Assembly: GCF_934668725.1 (NCBI RefSeq)
Contig: NZ_CAKUOF010000017.1
Location: forward strand, 3,336 to 67,335
Direction of reading: 5' to 3'
Source of the DNA: an uncultured Dysgonomonas sp.
GTDB taxonomy: Bacteria; Bacteroidota; Bacteroidia; Bacteroidales; Dysgonomonadaceae
DNA length: 64,000 nt
Part shown: positions 51,301-59,601 of the stretch, piece after piece
Position numbering within the stretch: position 1 is the stretch's first letter
Layout of the letters: every line of letters begins with the position of its first letter
Made by a program: the position numbers and the translations under genes
Notes under the pieces: generated by a model
Seen by the model: only the letters and a program-made list of their open reading frames with translations
Databases searched by the model: none
Told to the model about the DNA's origin: nothing

Positions 51301-53168
51301 ATCGATTTACAATTAGCATCTATTTTATTGGCATCAATAACCTTTGAGACCAACTGAACCTGCTCTTTCTCTGCACGAACTTTTTCCTCATAAGGAAACA
51401 AAGCCTCATCACGAAGAAGAAATTCTACCGTTCTATCCGATAGTCTTCCATTAGTGGCAGCTAATTGCTCTTTAAGATCATTGACATTATTTAAGTCAAT
51501 GTATTTGACATTAGCCAATTCAATAACTTCTCCTTGCAACCTGCGTGTTTGGGCTAATGCTTTAACTAATTTATCTAGTGTATCAAATTTTGCATTCTTG
51601 ATACTAAACAACAAGCTTTCTACTTTCTCTTGAGTAGTAATCAAAACAGTCAACGAATGTCGCTTTTGCTCCTGAACCTTTTCAAATTCATCAATAGCTG
51701 TATTAGCTATTTCTTTTATCTGAACAAGAGGTTCGGCTATCGAATATATCTCCTTGTTGGATGCCCAGAAAAAAGCATCTACAATATCGTTTGACTTCTT
51801 TACAATATCGCTGTACAGTCCTTCATAAGAGTCTTCCTTATTTATAAGATAAATCACCTCCTGACACTCTGCCATTGCTTTCACAATATCCTTATTGCCT
51901 ATTTTATAAAGTAAATTATCGGTCTTCTCGATATTTTCAATTAGCTCTCTCTGATAGGGTGTTTTCCAGATTTGCACCTGATGATGTTTTGTCGCTTCAT
52001 TTTCGGAACGGAAATATATTAACGAACCATCCTTAAAAAAGGTAAATCCATTACATATAATTGGAGTTTCAACTTGCTGCCTAATTATATTATACGACAT
52101 CAAGACATAAATATTCCGTTCGTTTTGATAGAAAATAAACAAATAGTCTTCGCCATTAGGAGATGGTATTTTTCGAATAAATTCAAGATCTGTCAATTCA
52201 CTCTCAAAAACTTTGTATTCTCCATTCTGCAAATAATATCCATTGGGAAATATCACTCCATGATTATCTGGCAATAATACCCCAATATCATTTAATGCTT
52301 TTATATTGTGTACTTCTTTGGTTCGAGTATTAAATACAAAGGCTCTAAAGTCTTCCTGATAGGGTTTTATTCGAATTAGAATCAGGTTACCCAAATCTGT
52401 ATAATAATACTCAGCATCATCCAATTGCTGATCTTTGTTCTCTACAGCTTCCGAATATATACCTTTTCCTGTTTGTGTATTATCCTCTATCTTAAAAGTA
52501 ATATCACCGCCCATGGCTTCAATAAAGACTTTATCCTTAATAGAAATATGTGGATAAACCCCTAAACGACGATCTTCCAGCGTGGTCTTAATCCATTTGA
52601 ATTCATGCTGAGGAGCTTTAGTCACTTCATGAATACTCCTGTCATCCTGATATATGAGTTTATTTCCTTTAATCAGCCATTTAAAAGCTTTAGCGTCTGC
52701 TACTGTTTTTCCGGTTTGAAAAATCATATACAGATAATTCTCCGTTCTTCTGTATCTGGAGAAAATAGAATCGCGATAGTATTTATAGAGATTATTGTAA
52801 TCGTTAATAAAATCAGGATCGGCAATTAGATCCAAGGGCTGCGGTATAAACTGATTGTTTTCAAATAAATATATACTAAAAACATCACTCAACTGAATAT
52901 CGGAGCGCAATCCGAAATGAACGTTATAGCCGAAAATACATAGATTATCAAGAGCCATAATACCTCTTGATACACAATTATTATCGGTACTGATACGCTG
53001 ATTGGCAATCAAAGAAAAATCAGTTGTATTAAATACTTCCTTGCGGGCTTCGTTTAGCTGATTCAGGCGCTTTTGAAGTTCTTCGCGCTGAGTAAGTAAA
53101 CGTTTTCTTATTATCTCATATGTTCCTGCATCAAGTGTCTCAGCAGATCTATCCTCTGTGTCTTGCAT
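48303..53168 (-). CDS. giant (1621 aa) coiled-coil protein with C-terminal classic-type AAA+ ATPase domain; function unknown
   Basis: The N-terminal ~420 aa are a globular domain of unknown fold. Residues ~430-1000 are heptad-rich E/K/L coiled coil. Walker A is LLLVSPPGYGKTTLMEYLAK, Walker B is VMLYLDDIQH, and VIMAGNPY...IPDMLANRADVYNL is a second-region-of-homology-like segment (residues ~1280-1440). There is no signal peptide and no TM segment. Confidence 0.7.
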   Translation of the reverse strand: MQDTEDRSAETLDAGTYEIIRKRLLTQREELQKRLNQLNEARKEVFNTTDFSLIANQRISTDNNCVSRGIMALDNLCIFGYNVHFGLRSDIQLSDVFSIYLFENNQFIPQPLDLIADPDFINDYNNLYKYYRDSIFSRYRRTENYLYMIFQTGKTVADAKAFKWLIKGNKLIYQDDRSIHEVTKAPQHEFKWIKTTLEDRRLGVYPHISIKDKVFIEAMGGDITFKIEDNTQTGKGIYSEAVENKDQQLDDAEYYYTDLGNLILIRIKPYQEDFRAFVFNTRTKEVHNIKALNDIGVLLPDNHGVIFPNGYYLQNGEYKVFESELTDLEFIRKIPSPNGEDYLFIFYQNERNIYVLMSYNIIRQQVETPIICNGFTFFKDGSLIYFRSENEATKHHQVQIWKTPYQRELIENIEKTDNLLYKIGNKDIVKAMAECQEVIYLINKEDSYEGLYSDIVKKSNDIVDAFFWASNKEIYSIAEPLVQIKEIANTAIDEFEKVQEQKRHSLTVLITTQEKVESLLFSIKNAKFDTLDKLVKALAQTRRLQGEVIELANVKYIDLNNVNDLKEQLAATNGRLSDRTVEFLLRDEALFPYEEKVRAEKEQVQLVSKVIDANKIDANCKSISSELELLIDILNSLKIDDTTQATRIVEKISVIFSSLNEVRAQLKRQIDSLKNKESVADFRAQLTLLEQSIVNFLDLATSPEKCDEYFTKVSVQVEELESKFADFDEFIIKISDKRNELIKAFDGKKAQLIEQINKRTSALEQIGLRILKNVENKAQSFKTKEEIQAFFSTDLMIDKIHKLIEELKELGDVSKAENLENSLKTSLEDSLRILKDKNELFVDGENIISLGSYKFAVNRQSLDLTVVRKEDRLFYHLTGTSFYYELKDNEIYKHKDLWEQEIVSENSKVYRSEYLAYLAFLERQKSKDFDLNDFIAKRVEQSYSESYLKGVHDYDAIHIFRCLESVHYQLGVLAYPPRLRVAAQLFWYMMKAEEKEHLSKLITSANIVLKAFPGSTNYQYVIDRIIGLFKSWNIYFTVPIGFEKQVANYLFEEFSDSMSLSYSEQSENLRKFFVEYLDKNKLSNNFEEDVRNESFNPVDRFYLVQNWLKSFVELSDDYSLYNKYVEETACLLLLKNQSYSLTIASDILDVNELKGSHPIMENGHYEIDYHEFIRKMRSFTLDNVPAYNRFSELKERLVSDYKKTLKVHELNPKVLTSFVRNKLINEVYLPLIGSNLAKQLGGAGENKRTSRMGMLLLVSPPGYGKTTLMEYLAKTMGLNFVKINGPTIGHSITSIDPAEAKTSGAREELKKINLAFEMADNVMLYLDDIQHCSSEFLQKFISLADGQRKMDGIFEGESKTYDLRGKRFCVIMAGNPYTESGDKFQIPDMLANRADVYNLGDVIGTSDHLFKLSLLENAVIENPYLQKIAGRSFSDFYNLIEHIESRSEDMPDLEGNYTQQDVDDFIAVAKSSLTVRDIVLKVNQNYISSAATQDAYRLEPPFKLQGSYRNMNKMVCQIVPLMNQKEVEELILSHYISEAQTLTSDSEANLLRLKEIAGQLTFSEVERWKHIKEVFNKNNKLAGISKDNEIGQVIAQLAQFNDNLDGIKKVLKYTGNNNLEL

Positions 53169-53260
53169 ATACTGTTTTTCAAATGAAAATTATCTCATCG
53201 GATTAATTAAGCAGAGACACGATCTATTATCGCATCCCTGCAAGAAAAAAACAAAGTCAT

Positions 53261-55447
53261 TTATGATAACTTCTTATTGGATATTCCTAATGATTTTGAC
53301 ATATTTAGCAGACTGCTCAAAAATCCTTTGTCTTCACTCTCGGTGCTTTGACTTTGCATTTTTAAGATAAGACCTGCAATACTCAGATTCTTAATATCGT
53401 CTGTTGATATATTGAATTTATTCACATAATATCTGATCCTGTCAAACAATTCCCCTTCGGAGCCATTTCCAATTAATGCTTTCTTTATTTGCTGGATATT
53501 TTCACTCTTATTCACCAAATTATCAAATCCTTTAGCATTAGAAACTTGTTTTACAATATTTTCGAAGAACATGGTCTCTCCACCAACAATATCGATATCA
53601 GCAGATTTTAATGCTTCAGACAACACTTGAGCTTGCGCATCAGCAATATCTTTCTGGATACTGATTTGTGCCATTTCAACATCTTTCTCTTTCTGTAGTT
53701 GTAATTTGAATTCTTCATGCTCTTTCCCTGCACCATCCAGTTTTTTCATTGCTGTAGCTTTTTCGTCTATACCTGTAGCTTCGGCTAGAGCTTTTTCTTT
53801 CGAAACTTCAGCTTCCATCAAACCTTCTTTACGTTTAGCTTCTGCTTTCGCTTCTATTCCTGCAGCTTCAGCTATCGATGTTTTCTCTATAATGCTGGCT
53901 TGTCCGGTAGCAGAAGCAAATGCTTTTTCTCTTGTGATTTCAGCATCTACCAATCCATCTTTTCGCTTCGCCTCAGCTCTTGTTTCGATGCTGTAAGCTT
54001 CGGCTTTTGCTTTCTTCTCAATAATAGAAGCTTCTACAATACCTTGTTTCTCTTCTGCATCCGCTTTGGCTTTCATGATTTCTGCTTCCGCTAAACCATA
54101 AGTAGCATCTTCTTTTGCTTGAGCTTCGGCTAAAATTTTCCTTGCTTCGGCTTGTTTTGTTGACGCTTCTTTCTTAGCATCTGCATCTATCAACAATTGT
54201 TTAGCCCTTTCTTCTGCCGCTTTTTTATCAGCCTCAGCTCCTTTTACGGTTTTAATCAACTTCTCTTCAGCTTCCTGAGCAGCCATAGTTATACCTACTT
54301 GCTTCTGACGGTCTACCTCCCTAAAAGCTTCAATATCTTTGATATTTTGTTTTTCCTCAACTACACCTTTTTCGAGCTGGACACGCTCACGAATGACATC
54401 CTGAATATTTTTCTTCTCAACTTCCAGAACACGCTCTTTTTCAATTTGAGCCAAAGTCACTATTCGTTCTCTTTCCGTTTGTTCTAATGCACGGTCTTTT
54501 TCTACACGCTCCTTTTCGATTGCCTCTGTTCTTTCTTTATTTTTCTCAGCTATAATTATCTGGCGACGTTTATTTTCTTCCTGTATAGCTAAACTCTCAT
54601 CCGTAGATATTCTTACAGTTTCAGATTTCAATCGCTCTTCTTCTCTTACTTTCTGAATCTCGGCTTCTTCACGAGATTTCACATTATCTATCTCTCTCTT
54701 TTGTTTCTCTTCTTTTTCAGCTAATTGTCTTTCCAGTTCGAGAATAGCTTCACGTGCTTCAACATTTTGCTTTTTTATAACTTTTTCCTCTTCCCTGCGA
54801 ATCAAATTCGCATTGATATTCTGAGCAGCGGTCAACTCGGTAATCTTGCGGATACCTTCCGAATCGAGAATATTCTCAGCACTCATATATTTCATTTCTG
54901 TTTGCTCCAGATAATCTATTGCACAGTCATCCAAAATATAGCCATTCAAATCGGTACCTATAATATTTATGATTTCGTCTCTAAACTCTCTACGGGCTTC
55001 GTATAGTTCTATAAAATCGAACTTTTTACCTACTGTCTTTAAGGCTTCCGAAAACTTAGCTTCAAATATATTTTTAAGCGTTTCTGAATCACTGGCACGC
55101 TCACAACCCAATGTTTGAGCGACATTGATGACATCATTTACTGATTTATTGACTCTAACAAAGAAGGCAACTTTAATATCGGCACGAATATTGTCTTTAC
55201 AAATTAACCCGTCATGCTGCATTCTTTCTATTTGAAGTTTTTTGACTGAAATATCCATTATTTCCATTTTATGGAAAATAGGAACTACATACATTCCTTT
55301 ATTAAAGGCAACATTAGTTCCACCGACACCGGTACGAACGATAGCCTTACCTTGAGGTATTTTTTTATAAAATGACGCTAAAATGCCTAAAAGCACAAGC
55401 AGAATAAAAAGGACAGAGCCTACAAGAATGATAATAATGTGTTCCAT
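53261..55447 (-). CDS. flotillin (SPFH/Band-7) family protein, YqiK/FloT-like
   Basis: N-terminal TM (IIIILVGSVLFILLVLLGILA) and an SPFH domain (KAIVRTGVGG...DIKVAFFVRV). Long C-terminal EA-rich coiled coil with an internal tandem repeat (EAKAEAKRKEGL.. appears twice). Confidence 0.8.
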   Translation of the reverse strand: MEHIIIILVGSVLFILLVLLGILASFYKKIPQGKAIVRTGVGGTNVAFNKGMYVVPIFHKMEIMDISVKKLQIERMQHDGLICKDNIRADIKVAFFVRVNKSVNDVINVAQTLGCERASDSETLKNIFEAKFSEALKTVGKKFDFIELYEARREFRDEIINIIGTDLNGYILDDCAIDYLEQTEMKYMSAENILDSEGIRKITELTAAQNINANLIRREEEKVIKKQNVEAREAILELERQLAEKEEKQKREIDNVKSREEAEIQKVREEERLKSETVRISTDESLAIQEENKRRQIIIAEKNKERTEAIEKERVEKDRALEQTERERIVTLAQIEKERVLEVEKKNIQDVIRERVQLEKGVVEEKQNIKDIEAFREVDRQKQVGITMAAQEAEEKLIKTVKGAEADKKAAEERAKQLLIDADAKKEASTKQAEARKILAEAQAKEDATYGLAEAEIMKAKADAEEKQGIVEASIIEKKAKAEAYSIETRAEAKRKDGLVDAEITREKAFASATGQASIIEKTSIAEAAGIEAKAEAKRKEGLMEAEVSKEKALAEATGIDEKATAMKKLDGAGKEHEEFKLQLQKEKDVEMAQISIQKDIADAQAQVLSEALKSADIDIVGGETMFFENIVKQVSNAKGFDNLVNKSENIQQIKKALIGNGSEGELFDRIRYYVNKFNISTDDIKNLSIAGLILKMQSQSTESEDKGFLSSLLNMSKSLGISNKKLS

Positions 55448-55512
55448 AAAGGTTTTTTATTTATTTAGTTAGAATTATTCATGTGTTGCTGATTACAAAT
55501 AGGTTTGTAATC

Positions 55513-56211
55513 TTAATAAGTATCTTTAATTACATAGTATATGTGTTTATCAGATACTTCTTCGGTGATTATTACCGTTTCTCCATATTTAATAGATTCT
55601 CCATTAAGACTGATAATATTTAATTTAATCGGGTTTCTATTTATCAGAAATTCAGCAGTGCCCACTTTCTGACCCTCTATATTAGAAAGCATTTTACCTG
55701 AGCATCCAAAAAAGTCTGTAGCTTCTTCTCCCTGATAATTTATCTCTTTAAAAAGTTTTGCCATAGGAGTGGTTGCTACCTTTGTCAAGAAAAATCCTAT
55801 AATAACTAAAGGTAGTAATACAAAAACAGACTTCCGCCCCAAATGATCAACATGAAAGAAATGTGTTGTAATGAGTGACCCGATCCATAATAGAAAAATA
55901 AAAGTGGATAATACCAGCATAAAAGGCACTTGTCCTACATTTATAAATGACAAACATTTTAACAGTATTCCCTGAGGAACTTTCTCTACTGCAATATGAC
56001 TATCGGTATCCACATCCGCTACATCAATTTCTATATCAGGAACTTCAACATCCACATCTACTTCCGGAGAAAAATCAATATTCAAATCAATATCATCAAA
56101 ACCAATGCCTCCGATCAGTACAAATAACCAATAAATAGCTATCACTAACATCAACACGGTCATGACCCCGTTAGGAAGTGGATGAAATAAAGTATGTAAA
56201 AAGTCTGTCAT
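55513..56211 (-). CDS. NfeD/YqiJ-like membrane protein (OB-fold C-terminus), flotillin partner
   Basis: 232 aa with 3-4 TM helices and an acidic DVDVEVPDIEIDVADVDTD tract. The C-terminal beta-rich segment (GTAEFLINRNPIKLNIISLNGESIKYGETVIITEE) resembles an NfeD-like OB-fold. The yqiJ-yqiK / nfeD-floT pairing is an established pattern. Confidence 0.55.
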   Translation of the reverse strand: MTDFLHTLFHPLPNGVMTVLMLVIAIYWLFVLIGGIGFDDIDLNIDFSPEVDVDVEVPDIEIDVADVDTDSHIAVEKVPQGILLKCLSFINVGQVPFMLVLSTFIFLLWIGSLITTHFFHVDHLGRKSVFVLLPLVIIGFFLTKVATTPMAKLFKEINYQGEEATDFFGCSGKMLSNIEGQKVGTAEFLINRNPIKLNIISLNGESIKYGETVIITEEVSDKHIYYVIKDTY

Positions 56212-56229
56212 AGTACTATTTTTAGAGTG

Positions 56230-56931
56230 TTATTGCATTCCCAATTTTCGCTTAATCTCATTAAGCTCCAAATCTACATTTTGCTCATTCGCTCCAATCG
56301 CTATATCTATTTCGTCATCAACAGAAATATTACATTTATTCAATGCAGCATAAGCCTGGGCCAATGCGTCCTCTTCCGCAATCTTTTCTTTTATTCGCTC
56401 CAACATATTCAAAGTACTATCACTATCTATTTGAGCCATTTGCCTATTCACTTCTTGAGTAACTTTACTTATACGGATTTTCGCCTTTAGAGTTTTCAGC
56501 TCATTTTCCCACTTGGTAATATTAAACTTAAGTATTTCAATATTTTTCTGAATATCCAATGCTATATTTTCATGCTCAATACGCTGCACATCCAGTTCAT
56601 TTATTTCTGAAATCAATTGCTCTTTGCGAAGCAAAGCTTCCTTTGCCAATCTTTCTGCTTGAGCTATATCAATGTCTCCATTATGAGCTTTTGAAATTAA
56701 GAGAACAGCCTTATTCCCATAGTCCTGAGCTTCTGATCTCTTTTTCTCTTTTTCGTTTTTAGCACGGATGACCATTGCTTTAACCTTCGCTAAAGATTCT
56801 AAAGTTAGAGTCAGATTCTCTTTCATTTCCACAATCCCGGTCTCCGTAATTTGTACAGGATCTTCAACGCCATCTAATACCTCATGTATCTCAGCCTGAC
56901 CAATTCTAAATAGTCTTTTGAATATATTCAT
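56230..56931 (-). CDS. pspA: PspA/IM30/Vipp1 family protein (bacterial ESCRT-III-like)
   Basis: 233 aa, all-helical coiled coil. The N-terminus (MNIFKRLFRIGQAEIHEVLDGVEDPVQ) aligns with E. coli PspA ([27 protein letters not shown]). Confidence 0.8.
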   Translation of the reverse strand: MNIFKRLFRIGQAEIHEVLDGVEDPVQITETGIVEMKENLTLTLESLAKVKAMVIRAKNEKEKKRSEAQDYGNKAVLLISKAHNGDIDIAQAERLAKEALLRKEQLISEINELDVQRIEHENIALDIQKNIEILKFNITKWENELKTLKAKIRISKVTQEVNRQMAQIDSDSTLNMLERIKEKIAEEDALAQAYAALNKCNISVDDEIDIAIGANEQNVDLELNEIKRKLGMQ

Positions 56932-56935
56932 AATC

Positions 56936-57334
56936 TTATTTTTTAGCGAACTCTATAATTTGCTCGTAATACTCACTCAGCAATAACCCCAAAGAATTTA
57001 AGGCTCCTTCAAACTCATTTATACCCATATTTTCTATTTGCATGGTGTATCTGAATATGACCTTCGTTCCATCTTCATTCAAAACAAATCCTCCATGTAT
57101 AATGTCCCTATTCTTAATTAATAAAGATTTCAGAATTTCTTTATCATCATTCTGCAATGTGAAAATAAATTGCTCTATAATAAGAATAGGAGAAGCCACT
57201 CCAATAATCAAATTCTTGATTCCATCGGTTTCACTTTCTATACAGAATACGCCTTTAGTTTCATCGTGATACGTAATCGAATAGCCTAGCTTCAAGATAT
57301 ATGTTTCTATTTTTTTTAAATACATATCATTCAT
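56936..57334 (-). CDS. YbjN-domain protein (T3SS-chaperone/CesT-like fold), first gene of the operon
   Basis: 132 aa, acidic, alpha/beta. Family membership comes from recalled similarity to YbjN-like 'putative sensory transduction regulator' proteins. Its stop lies 4 nt from the pspA start. Confidence 0.45.
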   Translation of the reverse strand: MNDMYLKKIETYILKLGYSITYHDETKGVFCIESETDGIKNLIIGVASPILIIEQFIFTLQNDDKEILKSLLIKNRDIIHGGFVLNEDGTKVIFRYTMQIENMGINEFEGALNSLGLLLSEYYEQIIEFAKK

Positions 57335-57480
57335 TATATATAAATAATAAACATAGCTTGTTTCATTAAGAAATTATGAGGGCAAAATTTGTATTCTGCT
57401 AATTAATATCCTATATTTGCTAATATTTTTAGCTAAATTAGATAAATAATTTAACTATACAAACAAAAAATATATTTTTT

Positions 57481-58155
57481 ATGAGTAAAGTTGGAAAAAA
57501 TATAAAAAAAATAAGAAATGTAAAGGCTTTGAGTCAACAGGCATTTGCTGATTTATTTCAACTGACAAGAGGAAATATATCTTCATATGAAGAGTTTAGA
57601 GCCGAACCCAAAATAGAAATCATCGTGAACATTGCTAAATATTTTGGCATCCCGTTAAATGACTTTATTTTGAAAGAATTATCGGTCAACGAGCTCCTGC
57701 ATTACAATACGGAACTGGTATTAGAAACCGAGAAACTAAAGAAAACCCACCACTTTATAGAGGTTCCTTATGTATCTTCGTTAGATATTGTTGATTATGA
57801 AGCACATTACAATGATGAGAACTTCATACACAATCTTCCCCATATTAGTATTCCGAGCAGTGCCAAGTCTAAATTGATAGCTATTGAGATACAAGATTCG
57901 GAATCGCTGCCTTTAGGTTTTAACTTTAAGAATGGAGATATTCTAATTTATGAGCAAGTAATAAGAGAAAATATTCATAGAATAGAAAACAAACTCGGAT
58001 TAATGGTCGATACTGATGGTATAAAATCAGGTGTATATAAAGAACATGAAGGCAAAATATTTTTATCGCTTAATGAATGGGTAAAGTATCCTTTTGAAAT
58101 AGACTCACCTGCTCATTATTGGCTGCTCAGGGCATTATTTACTCAAATTATATAA
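57481..58155 (+). CDS. XRE-family HTH transcriptional regulator with C-terminal LexA/S24-peptidase-like beta domain
   Basis: N-terminal HTH_XRE (IKKIRNVKALSQQAFADLFQLTRGNISSYE). The C-terminal region (LIAIEIQDSESLPLGFNFKNGDILIYEQV) resembles an S24 fold. Transcribed divergently from the ybjN-pspA operon with a 146-bp shared AT-rich spacer; TATATTTG at 57412-57419 fits a -7 box. Confidence 0.55.
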   Translation: MSKVGKNIKKIRNVKALSQQAFADLFQLTRGNISSYEEFRAEPKIEIIVNIAKYFGIPLNDFILKELSVNELLHYNTELVLETEKLKKTHHFIEVPYVSSLDIVDYEAHYNDENFIHNLPHISIPSSAKSKLIAIEIQDSESLPLGFNFKNGDILIYEQVIRENIHRIENKLGLMVDTDGIKSGVYKEHEGKIFLSLNEWVKYPFEIDSPAHYWLLRALFTQII

Positions 58156-58240
58156 TAGAAAAGAACAATCCAAATGGATTGTTCTTTTGTTATAATCAAT
58201 TATAAATCGATGTTTACTAAAGGAACAGAAAACTCAAATA

Positions 58241-59446
58241 TCAATCTTCGTGATCGATATATTTAGCCAATCCCCCATGCGAAGTTTCTTTATATAAACT
58301 TGGCAGATCATGTCCTGTCTCTTTCATTGTACGAACTACTTTATCAAAGCTCACCATATGTTTTCCATCTGATAACATGGCATATGAACAAGAGTCCAAA
58401 GCCCGTACCGCAGCAAAAGCATTTCGCTCAATACAAGGAACCTGCACTAATCCGCAAATAGGATCACAAGTCAAACCTAAGTGATGCTCAAGTCCCATTT
58501 CAGCTGCATATTCAATTTGAGCAGTAGACCCGCCGAATAATTGAGCTCCCGCAGCAGCAGCCATGGCACAAGCTACTCCTATTTCACCCTGACAGCCAAC
58601 TTCTGCTCCCGATACCGATGCATTATTTTTAACAAGAGTCCCTATTAAACCGGCAGTTATCAGAGCTCGTATAATTTTTTTATCACTAAAATCATGATGA
58701 CTTGTGTGCAAATGGTATAAAACAGCAGGTAATACACCACATGAGCCACAAGTAGGGGCAGTGACTACCTCCCCACCCGATGCATTGGTTTCTGACATAG
58801 CTAAAGCATAAGCAAATAGTTGTGCTCTGCTTTTCATCGATCCTTGATATCCTCTTGATTTCACATAATACATAGAAGCTTTTCGCTGTAAGCCTAAGCC
58901 TCCGGGAAGTACTCCTTCTTCATCCAACCCTTTTAATACCGCCGCCTTCATTACTTCCCACACATGGCTCATATAATCAAAAATTTCGGGACCTTCGACA
59001 TCCAACACATATTCCCAAAAAGTTTTTCCCGTTTTTTGACACCAACTTAAAATTTGTGTCATTGTAGTCATATCATATAATGATTCTCTGGTGGTTTTAG
59101 TATTTTCATCTGCCAGATCGCCTCCTCCAATACTATAAATAGTCCAACTATCTGTTATTCTCTTCTCAGCAGATAATGCATGAAGGATCATTCCATTAGG
59201 ATGAAAAGGCAGCTCCGTCTCGGGTTTCCATATAATCTCTACATTCTTAGGAGCAAACATAGCTTCAATAGCTACATCTGTCATATGTCCTTTACCTGTA
59301 GCAGCCAGACTTCCATATAATTCAACCTGAAAAGATGTAGCATTTGGATTCTTTTCGTTAAAAATCTTAGCTGCATTACCAGGTCCCATTGTATGACTAC
59401 TCGATGGACCAAACCCTATTTTGAAAATACTTTTTACAGACTCCAT
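58241..59446 (-). CDS. sdaA: L-serine ammonia-lyase, iron-sulfur-dependent, single-chain
   Basis: 401 aa with beta-domain motifs (FKIGFGPSSSHTMGP) and an alpha-domain Cys cluster (CGSCGV). Confidence 0.85.
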   Translation of the reverse strand: MESVKSIFKIGFGPSSSHTMGPGNAAKIFNEKNPNATSFQVELYGSLAATGKGHMTDVAIEAMFAPKNVEIIWKPETELPFHPNGMILHALSAEKRITDSWTIYSIGGGDLADENTKTTRESLYDMTTMTQILSWCQKTGKTFWEYVLDVEGPEIFDYMSHVWEVMKAAVLKGLDEEGVLPGGLGLQRKASMYYVKSRGYQGSMKSRAQLFAYALAMSETNASGGEVVTAPTCGSCGVLPAVLYHLHTSHHDFSDKKIIRALITAGLIGTLVKNNASVSGAEVGCQGEIGVACAMAAAAGAQLFGGSTAQIEYAAEMGLEHHLGLTCDPICGLVQVPCIERNAFAAVRALDSCSYAMLSDGKHMVSFDKVVRTMKETGHDLPSLYKETSHGGLAKYIDHED

Positions 59447-59601
59447 AAACCTTCTATTTTGTTAGCAAAATTAATCATAAGATTATCACTTTGCAAGATG
59501 AATCGGATGTTATATAGTATACAACAGACTTTTTATTTACAAAAAGAAAGGATAGCTTAAAGCTATCCTTTCCGATATGTATATATTCTATAGATGAAAT
59601 A

